A stretch of 63,530 bases of DNA, filler included, from Bigelowiella natans CCMP2755 (taxonomy: Eukaryota > Protista > Cercozoa): NCBI GenBank assembly GCA_000320545.1. It is 6 parts of 6 records of this genome, joined end to end, with 100 filler letters (N's around TTAATTAATTAA, not from the genome) between each part and the next. Parts side by side here need not be neighbours in the genome. Positions count along the whole stretch, not along the records: positions 43,418 to 59,002 come from ADNK01003199.1; positions 59,103 to 61,778 come from ADNK01001086.1; positions 61,879 to 63,530 come from ADNK01002620.1; 3 more parts are not named here. One strand, written 5' to 3'. Position numbers and translations under genes: made by a program. Below are positions 54,843 to 63,530 of the stretch, in pieces; the stretch's first letter is position 1, and every line of letters starts with the position of its first letter. The notes below the pieces were generated by a model, which was not told the origin of the DNA, did not search any database, and saw only the letters and a list, made by a program, of their open reading frames with translations.

Positions 54843-54976
54843 TTCCACAAACAGATCAGTTGTGTTGCAATTGTTGTCAACATTCATGAAGAGGATTTCT
54901 GGATGTTTCCGGCATGCATTTGGTGCTGACATTCCACAAACAGATCGGTTGTGTTGTGATTGTTGTCATCATTCAT
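54843..54976. repeat. Pair of ~45-bp imperfect direct repeats, 89-bp period
   Basis: ttccacaaacagatcagttgtgttgcaattgttgtcaacattcat (54843-54887) versus ttccacaaacagatcggttgtgttgtgattgttgtcatcattcat (54932-54976). Confidence 0.85.
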
Positions 54977-56160
54977 CGGATTTTCGATCGAACCACCCTC
55001 GTAGGATCCTTTAAGTTGAGGGATTGGAGTTGTCGCAGAACAAAAACATCCTGTGATTCTTCTTATGCGGGTTGGTGCACTCAAAACTCATCACTCACAC
55101 TCATTCTTGTTGCACACACAAGCACTTTGCTTCCCTTGCTTGCGTGCTGCTCAAGATGAAAAGATCGAAGCACACAAAGGAGGAATACACAGGGAGAACA
55201 AAGAGATCAAGATTGCACGAAGCCGCACAGGTCATTGGTGAGAGGTGTTAGTGGTGGGGTCTAGACTGGTGAAGCACAGGCCCTCATCGGCTTCCATAAT
55301 GAGCAGATGGCGAGAAAATGAAAACATTCGACTGTTCCTTCGTTTCTGTTCTTATGCTAATGAGTATTAATCATTTGGAGAGCCACTTTGAGATGGATGA
55401 AATCCGTATTTCACCTCTGGATCACAGGAAATGGATGACCATGCAAGAGAGCCAGCTACGCAAGATAAGGACGATGTACAATGAAGAGATAACGCATCAT
55501 GTTCTGAAAAGCTATGGTGTTGCTGTAGTTGATATGATGGTGCTACTGACAAAATGTGCCAGAATTACAAGGATACTACTATTATGATACTATTTCATTG
55601 ATGTAATCCATTTTTATTTCTGGATTAGAATGACTGTAAAGCAGCAGTTGATAGTGGCGAAGGATCAATGGTACAAGATATTCCGTAAGATTTTCAAGGC
55701 TGATTAGGGAAGTGAAGTGTATTTCATGCATTGTTACGGGTTAGTGGCGAATAATAAAATGAAGGGAAGGTTGCAGTGTACTCGACTTTTTTCTCCCCTT
55801 GAAAATGGTGTTAATAGGAGGTGGATGATGCGGAGCAAGGTTGCAAAACTGAATCAAACAACACACCTGGCTCGATTCCGGTCAACTGTTTGAATTATAA
55901 TTTATATAATATAAATATATTGAAATGTATAAAAATGTATAAAAATGTATAAAATTATCCGTACTAGTCTTTGATATCATCATCGATACATCTTGTTTTT
56001 GAATAATCAGGAAACGACCGGAAAAGTGAGTAGTGCAATTTTGTTTATAGAGAAAGACCTACACTACTACTGCGTTCCATGAGAATTCTCTCTGTTTCTG
56101 TCTTTGTTTGAACCACCATTTCTTATCCTCTCAATATTTTCAAACGAATCATAATGGCAG

Positions 56161-58511
56161 GGCTTCGACGAAGAAAAGGACCTTAAACATTGGTCAAAGG
56201 ATGAAGTGAAAGCATGGTTAGGATTCTTACAAAAAAAGGGGGAATTAGAATTTAAAATCGAGAAGGTTGCTTGCCTGGGAGAATATTTTGCTATGATGAC
56301 CAAAGCAGACCTTAAAGAGTTTGCCGATGGGCTAGTGGGCATCCACATCTTCAATGCGAAAGAGGCGCTTCTCAGTAAGCAAAAAGGTAGTGTGCATGCT
56401 AGCTCAACAGACGTCTCACGCGTGTTCTCTGTTGTATACTTTGTCATCGATCGATGTGGAACAATGCCTACAGATGTTACACGTAAACATCCAAGAGAAT
56501 TCATTTTTATGGATGCGTATATAAATGAGTGTGTATGTTAGCTCAACAATCGTCTCACGCTATTTATGCAACACATGCAATATGATTATCATCTCTTAAT
56601 TTTATTTTCTTAATTTTGGTGTTGTATTGCAAGAGTTTTAATGGACTGTGACCTTGAGTACATTGTGTTGCAAGATTTCATAGATGATGGCCTTTATTTT
56701 GTTTTGTAATTATCAGCACCTTCTTCTCCCGAAAGACAACCTGGTAAATATCAATCCCCTTAAAATTCTCCCTTGCGTCCAGTTTATGTATACGTTCACT
56801 ATCAATAGTACTACACAACACTCACACATGCACATATGGTAAATTTAAATTTAATTTTGTTTCAGCAAAACGCCCTTTCGAAATTCATAGACCGACAGAA
56901 ACGAAAGTCGAATTGGGAGAGCTCACACTGGAGGGGGGAAATAATCAGGAGATTGGATGTGTAGAAGAAATGAAGGAGGGAGATTTTTTCTATGTCGACG
57001 GAATAATTCACGCAGGTTTGAAGGAAAAGCAGTTAAGTAAAGAAGCCGATGATAGAATGTTGCTGTATCTACGCGCTGAGGGTTATCAACACTTAAGGAG
57101 GCTCGAAGAAGTGGAAGGTGGAAATGCACTTCTTGTAGATGGACCTAAAGGATCTGGAAAATCTGTAATATCTTGGACTTGGGCAAGGCTAAAAGCAAAA
57201 CAGGGGAAATCTGTGTTGTGGATACACGTGGATAATTTTGCGACTTCTCATGTTACGATTTTGAAGCTTTTCAAGGATGACATTCGACGTGTCTATTTCG
57301 GAGATAAACCAATTAAGTTTCAGCAACTCGTCAAAAGCGATTACGTACTTGATGCTCCCGAGGACATTATCATCTTAGACGGATTCCATAGGAAAGACCA
57401 TGAGGAAATTTTGATACAGTTGTGGGATACTATTGATAATCTCGCACCAACTCGGATCAGCATCGTTGTTTCGTCAATGACGGCTACCTTTTCTGTACAA
57501 GAATTGAAGATGGCCCGTGCTAAGAAATATCGCATAGCATCTTGGACATTTAAGGAGTACAAGGAGGTTATTAAAAACAGGGCATTTTATCGACAAGTGG
57601 AATCAAAATTGGGAGGTCATGGTGATAAGAACGCTAAGTTGTTGCACAAATTTTACTACTCAGGCATTTCTGCCCGTTTTACTTTTCATTTTACGGTTGA
57701 AGAAGTGAAGGAAGAGATTAAAAGGGGTACGATGAGCGTTGGAAATTTATCAGATATAGCAGAAGGAAATGTGACTTCAGCAAATGAAAATGCAGTGAAT
57801 GCACTATACGGAGGAGTGCGATTACCAAGTGGGGAAGTACGAGATGTCTTCGTGAGTCAATATGCTCATAGACTAATTTTTTTAAATGCGCCGAGTCAAA
57901 TGAAACGTGCCTACCGCTTCGCAAAACAATTGGATAATCCGTCGTTTCTTGGTTGGGTAGTGGAAGCCGATTTTCTAGGCATTATTGAAAAACTTGCGGA
58001 AGAAAGTGGGAAATTGGATCTTCTCAATTCGGAAGGGAATACGAAATTCCAACTGAAAATAAAATCTCATCAAAAATTCGATAAAACTGAAGATGTAGAA
58101 TGGAAGGATGGTGCTGTGTGTGTGCCCAATAGATGGAATTATCCGATTTTCGACTTTTTGTACTGTTATACCGTCCAAAGCCACAAAATGAAAGATAAAA
58201 AAGTGGTAATGTTCGGAAACGTGACCGTTCAAAACACGCCAAAATCGTGCAAACTACAACACGTTGCCATAGATTCCAAGAAGTTAGGGGTGAATCGGGT
58301 CCGTTTTGTCGGTGTTAAGCCTTACTCGGAGAAGGGTGAAAACAAAGATATCGCTTGGAAAGATCCTCCAAAACCTGATCCTGAATTGGGAAGCCCAACT
58401 AGTTTAGATGGTTTCTACCATGGACCAACATCGTACAAGTGGAACAAAGGCAACAACTTCTGCGAAACGCTTTTTTTCAAGAGTGATCATCATAATGGCC
58501 GACGATCATGA
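56161..58511 (+). CDS. Crinkler/RHS-type (CR) protein: SAM-like header + P-loop NTPase + PD-(D/E)xK-type REase
   Basis: Header exon 56161-56386 encodes DLKHWSKDEVKAWLGFL...GEYFAMMTKADL...GIHIFN, followed by a micro-exon 56717-56743 and a long exon 56866-58511. The long exon has Walker A GPKGSGKS, Walker B IIILDG, SWTFKEY, KFYYSGISARFTF, NPSFLGWVVEADF and PNRWNYPIFD...FGNVT, a motif order I recognise from oomycete CRN NTPase+REase C-termini. Confidence 0.8.
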
Positions 58512-58849
58512 GCATGAAAGATTCGGTAGCAAATCTGAAATGACCACCGCAAATTTTGGAATCCTTCTAGACACACTCATGTAGCAACAATGATGCAGCA
58601 TGTGACATGCGAATGCAACAATGGCAGCACAATTTGACAGCACGTTGCTCTGTCAACAATCATCTGGTCAAACCACGCATGGCCTTGCAGCAATTTCTTG
58701 ATGCCAACCGAATTGGCATGTGCGCGCAATTCAAAAACCATTGAAAAACAGGCATCACGCTTTTTGCAAATCAAAAGTACTGTTGGGGTTGGGGTTTTCT
58801 CCCAGGCCACAACCAAGATGACGGTCGAAACGAGGGTCAAAGTGAAGGA

Positions 58850-58963
58850 TTAGGGTTTAGGGTTAGGGTTTAGGGTTAGGGGGTTTAGGGTTAGGGTGTT
58901 AGGGTTAGGGTGTTAGGGTTAGGGTGTTAGGGTGTTAGGGTTAGGGTTAGGGTTAGGGTTAGG
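58850..58963 (+). repeat. Telomeric repeat array (TTAGGG with TTTAGGG and TGTTAGGG variants)
   Basis: G-rich strand runs 5'->3' toward the contig end; variant units are proximal and pure TTAGGG distal. Confidence 0.9.
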
Positions 58964-59002
58964 ATTTCCGTGATCTATACCACAACGTGCTAAGACCACG
59001 GA

Positions 59003-59102
59003 NNNNNNNNNNNNNNNNNNNNNNNNNNNNNNNNNNNNNNNNNNNNTTAATTAATTAANNNNNNNNNNNNNNNNNNNNNNNNNNNNNNNNNNNNNNNNNN
59101 NN
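59003..59102. other. Artificial contig spacer
   Basis: N44-TTAATTAATTAA-N44. Confidence 0.97.
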
Positions 59103-59174
59103 CCCCCCCCTCCCCCCCCCTTTTGATGTTCCGTTCTATACAAGCGACGATTGATAAATGACTACTATTAACAG

Positions 59175-59538
59175 GCCCGAGTGAAGAACAAGGATGTGGC
59201 GGAGGAACTGAGGAAATTCAAGGAGGACGTGAAAGGAGCCAAAGTAGTCTTGTTTTCGTCGTCACAATGATATTTTACTAGAATCCCACATTACAGCAGC
59301 TGCAACAACTACCGCTTATCTTCTTGACCTCACATGCTTTGTCTTCTGATCGTCCATCACTTGCTGCCAAAGAATGGCGCATAACGCCCCCTAACACAAA
59401 CAATGAAGGTGCACCCGTTCGTCGAGTTTGATGAGAGACAGCGAATGCTCAGTGAAGCCAAAGAAGATCCGAAGCAAGCTAAACTTATCCAGGTAGGATT
59501 TGTTTTCAAAAGAATAATCGACAGCAGTATCTATAACA

Positions 59539-59576
<38 letters not shown>

Positions 59577-59599
59577 TACATACATTATATACATTGTGT

Positions 59600-59632
<33 letters not shown>

Positions 59633-61310
59633 CGCTGTCAGGAATACCTGTACGCGTTGTCGCTGAACAACACGGTTTTCCCCAAAGTCAAGAAGCCTTC
59701 GAGCAAACGGAAGAAGAAAATGGCAGGTGAGAGGCGAAGTATGCGAAAGGATGCAGCCTTTTTAGTCACAATGATGATGATGATGATGAAGATGAAGATG
59801 ATGCTTTTTCTGAATCAGGTGATGAAAAGCAAGAGGACATCAAGCATGATCTTACGGATGCATACCGCAACGTAAGTACTTCGGACGAAAAGAACGCCAT
59901 TTCTGTTTTGTTGTTAAGCGGGATGATGTAGCACAGAACAAGAGCAGCAGCAGCTTGGAACTGCCATCATGGAGAGTAGTGTTTGCTCCATCAATAGCAA
60001 TAGTCGCAGCTGCATCGCTTTGTGCATGATTGCTGGTATTCTGTGGCGGAGGGCATTGCTGCTACGTTTCGATGTGATTGCCGCTTTGGTGCTAGCCTAT
60101 CTATTGATATATCTGCGGGGTCTCCTTTGCCACCAGCACTATCATGACTATCATCATCATCATCATCATCAATCAATAGCACCGTGCTCATCATCGCAAT
60201 ATCAAAGTTCCATTAAAAACCTTATTCTACTGGTACTACTGCTGCGACTACTGGTACTTTCACCACTATAGGTACCGCTTCAGCTGGATTCGTCATCCCC
60301 TGATGAGAAGGCGTTGGTGTACTTTGCGCAGTATATGGGTTACGAGGTGTACCACCGAGCGGAAGGTTGTTGGAGAAAAGAGAGAGAGAGAGAGAGAGAG
60401 AGACCCAGATGGACAAAGGGGGGGGGGGGAGAGTCTTCGCCGCCATCATCGTTGTCGTAGCTCTTGATAATATGCGTCACATATGAAAGGTACGGTGGCA
60501 CTCAAGAGAACCTCTGGAGACCAGCAGAAGAAGTGGTGAGTGAGAGGGGGGAGGAGGAGGAGGATGAGACTACGCAACACGGCGATGATGATGATGATGA
60601 TGAGAATGGTGATCGTGGTGATGATCTTGATATGAAAGGAATGCTTGTTCTTACGAAATATGAAATGTGAATTATGGCAGGTTCGAAGAGTTTGAGGACG
60701 TCTGCCTCATCGATTTCACCTCCAAACGTATCATTATGTCATGCTATTATTGTTGCTGCTGTAGCTGTCAAGATACCGCTGATAGGACGAGGAGAGAGAG
60801 AGAGAGAGAGGGAGAGACCTGTACTGACATTTGAGTACGACGGAATATACGCATTATTGTGGTGATATCATTGATTCTTTCCCCATTCTTCCCTCCCTAT
60901 CAGGAAAACGCATGACTGTGATCGTGTCGCCAAAGTTCGGCCCCGAGAAGGGTCTCCTCAAGATTTATTGCAAAGGCGCAGATTCCTACGTCAAGGCACT
61001 GTGCCGGTATTACTAGGAGTAGTAGCAGTTGGAGTTGGAGTAGAATTGAAAAGGGGGGGGGGGGGGGGGGGGGGGAGTTTAAGACCCAAGAAGAAAATCC
61101 GCGTCCCCAACTAGGCGGGGACCGTGACAAATTTTTTTTCTTTCTCCTTCCATAGCCATTGTTATCATCACTGTGATTACTACAATCCATAACCCCATCG
61201 CCCATCCCAACAGCGGCGCGAAAGTCGGGGCAGCAGAAATCGAGAAGCTGCAGAAGTACAACAAAACCATTTTCGAGAACCTGGAGGAGTTTGGAGGCGA
61301 AAGCTTACGT
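59175..61310 (+). CDS. P4-type ATPase (phospholipid flippase), internal N-domain fragment
   Basis: Exons give EYLYALSLNNTVFP, SSSPDEKALVYFAQYMGY, IDFTSKR-KRMTVIV...IYCKGADS and LEEFGGESLR, the P4-ATPase motif series. Confidence 0.85.
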
Positions 61311-61322
61311 CTGTGACAAAAT

Positions 61323-61353
<31 letters not shown>

Positions 61354-61778
61354 GGGGGGGGGGGGGGGGGGGTTGGGGGAGCTAGCGTGGTATGGAGCAA
61401 GAACAAGAGCCATGTGCATTCTCATTGATGATCGTGCGTTGCTGTTGCACACATATGAGACGAACGATGTGATGAAATCAATGCATTTTTTCAATGATCA
61501 TGGCGGTCATGACACCATGCCTCATAGATCTAGAGATTAATGTGGTGCGCTGTGCAGCTGCAAATTATTTAGCATCTGACACAATCTATTAAGGGAACAA
61601 TTACGGAATCCCAGTGACCCCCCCCCACGTGGATGAGCCCTGTAGCACACAACAGCAGCAAAAGAACAATTGACTTTCTAAATCAAGCACAAAAGTATTC
61701 TAACAGTCCGCAGCAGCTACACGCTCATACGCGCTTATCATAAAATGGTTGTACTTAGTCTTTCCCCCCCCCCAACAA

Positions 61779-61878
61779 NNNNNNNNNNNNNNNNNNNNNN
61801 NNNNNNNNNNNNNNNNNNNNNNTTAATTAATTAANNNNNNNNNNNNNNNNNNNNNNNNNNNNNNNNNNNNNNNNNNNN
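61779..61878. other. Artificial contig spacer
   Basis: N44-TTAATTAATTAA-N44. Confidence 0.97.
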
Positions 61879-62284
61879 CTCTGTTCAGGATCAGGATACA
61901 TTATACGATTGAGATGAAAGAGAGAATGACATACCGCTGATCAGTCTCCTCCCCCATCACACACACGCTTCTCCACCCTCTCCCCACTACCCAACTCCCA
62001 TGAGGTTCGTCTGTACAATACAGTTCCAACCGTACTCATTTTACTCTTTTATAATTATCCTTATTGTTATATTCTTTGATCACCCACACAACCCCCCCCA
62101 GTACCAACCACCCCTTCCCGCACCTGACTACAAGGGTTCTTGCTTCCTTATAAATCCACGCGGGGGTGGGGGAGGGAGGGAGTGGGTGGAGAGTAATCAT
62201 TGCTACTATGACCAATGATGTAACAATAATCAATTCTTCTTCTTCTTCCTCCTCCTTCTTCTAGTCTCTTTCTTTCTCTTACTG

Positions 62285-62317
<33 letters not shown>

Positions 62318-62339
62318 AACTACTTTGTACTCCTCCTTC

Positions 62340-62723
62340 ATGCTCTGCTTCTTCCTCGATGCCACCGTTTCAGGTCGAGCCTGCACGATGTACAGCTTGC
62401 CGGTGTCCCCGTCCTTGGCCCACTCCACGTCAACCGGGAACCCGTAGTGCTGCTCGATGGCGACTGCCATCTTTGATAGCTCCAACACATCGTCGTTGGA
62501 TATGGACCTAACAAGGAGTAGTTTGACGTCATATTGCAGGAGAGACTGGCGTTTCTATGGTAATGGTGTGTGTTGTTGTTTCCTCCCCCTCCTACAAAGA
62601 AAGGATGTGGTTTGAGTAAAAGCCGTGTGTACGACGTCGTTGCTACTGAAGTCATCACCATCTCTCGCGCTCCTCCTCGTTTGTTTCGATGATTTCGCTA
62701 CCGCCACCGGAGGAGTACACCTA

Positions 62724-62757
<34 letters not shown>

Positions 62758-63478
62758 CTCCATTACACATACACCAGTCCACCGTCCGCATCATGCTGTG
62801 CGAGTAGGAAAGATGATCATTCTCCTTCTGATGAGATTCTTCTTCTTCGCATCATGGGTACAATTTGCTCCCACTACCATTTTGACTTTCTTGGACCCCA
62901 GCGTACGTCCAATGATAGCATCCTTCCCCTCTGCGAGTGTCGGCTTAAACGCATAGAACTCATCAGGATTGACCGTCCCTCCCACCACGGTCTCCCCCAG
63001 GCCCCACGCCGAGGTGACAAACACGACATTGCGAAATCCCGTCTCTGTATCTAGAGAAAACATCACGCCAGCCGACCTACGGAGCGTAGTCGTGAATCAT
63101 GCCCAAAGTAAGTCCAAGATGGAGAAGAGGAGGAGGAGGAGGAGGGGGAGAGTGGAGAAGGAAAAGGAAAACCAAGACAAAATGAAGGGAAACTCTTCCA
63201 CCCCCCCCCCCCTCCCCTCCCCCGGTACCCTGCTCTACTATATGCAAGTATTATATCACTAAGATACTCGTCATGGGTTCTCTTATTCTGTTAGAATGAA
63301 GGAGGCAAGAATACCCTGTTTTGCTCCGCACCATCTTCTGGACGGTTGCAGCAAGGGCGACCTTGTTGGGGTCAAAGTCCCTGTCGTGCCTATATGAAAT
63401 AGCCCTGTCCGTGAATAGGGAGGGGAAACCTGCTTCACCTTGACAAACAGGTCATCCTTGCCCCGCACAATCAGATAT
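62340..63478 (-). CDS. ppsA: Phosphoenolpyruvate synthase (pyruvate, water dikinase), internal fragment with introns
   Basis: Exons give [11 protein letters not shown]...[57 protein letters not shown] and [32 protein letters not shown], characteristic of bacterial-type PEP synthase. There is an apparent 1-nt frameshift near 63427. Confidence 0.9.
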
Positions 63479-63530
63479 CTGCGGGAGTATTAACCATGGG
63501 AATTATGATGATGATGATGGGTGGGGGTGG

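Noticed and set aside
55318-55587. 89-aa ORF as an intact gene
   Set aside because: No recognisable motif, and I could not build a consistent exon chain; treated as a relic within the subtelomeric block.
55860-55890. tRNA/SINE B-box-like GGCTCGATTCC
   Set aside because: No convincing A-box or cloverleaf could be folded around it.
56913-58511. Bacterial or viral contamination as the source of the intronless NTPase ORF
   Set aside because: It is preceded by phase-compatible GT-AG exons, shares a contig with an intron-rich host gene, and abuts eukaryotic telomere repeats; a chimeric join cannot be excluded without reads.
54641-58840. Possible terminal direct repeats flanking the Crinkler block (54641-54671 versus 58809-58840)
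   Set aside because: Similarity is weak over ~30 bp and explainable by degenerate telomere-like hexamers or chance; no target-site duplication is seen.
32303-58963. Functional clustering of WRAP53/TCAB1 (telomerase trafficking) with the telomere array
   Set aside because: They lie on different contigs separated by two artificial spacers.
26133-61878. Five identical TTAATTAATTAA palindromes as a biological repeat or TTAA transposon target site
   Set aside because: Each is centred in exactly 44+44 Ns, so it is an assembly concatenation linker. Gene neighbourhoods across these points are meaningless.
29-63468. Hundreds of short ORFs with poly-YI, poly-HT, poly-L, poly-M or poly-V tracts
   Set aside because: These are translations of intronic microsatellites or antisense shadows of real exons.

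Overview
Eukaryotic nuclear DNA, probably from an intron-dense protist or alga with a secondary plastid; chlorarachniophyte-like is an inference from TTAGGG telomeres, signal+transit presequences and many short GT-AG introns. The window is six unrelated contigs joined by five artificial 100-bp spacers (N44-TTAATTAATTAA-N44). Most entries in the ORF track are noise from microsatellite-filled introns, so I assembled genes by hand from exons; exact boundaries are approximate. Contig 1 holds a pentameric ligand-gated ion channel, an F-box/Kelch protein, CDC73, TIM22, a chalcone-isomerase-fold protein, a permuted papain-like (YiiX/C92) enzyme, a HAD hydrolase and an EamA transporter. Contig 2 holds a PPR-like protein, an ABM-domain protein and WRAP53/TCAB1. 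Contig 3 holds a PX-domain AGC kinase and a membrane protein. Contig 4 holds an 11-kb SH3-DEP-proline-rich-WH2-like gene, then a microsatellite-free block with a Crinkler-type SAM-like header + P-loop NTPase + restriction-endonuclease-fold gene ending ~340 bp before a TTAGGG array. Contig 5 is a P4-ATPase fragment and contig 6 an intron-containing PEP synthase fragment. The strongest candidate for an unusual system is the subtelomeric, exon-modular Crinkler-like NTPase-nuclease locus.
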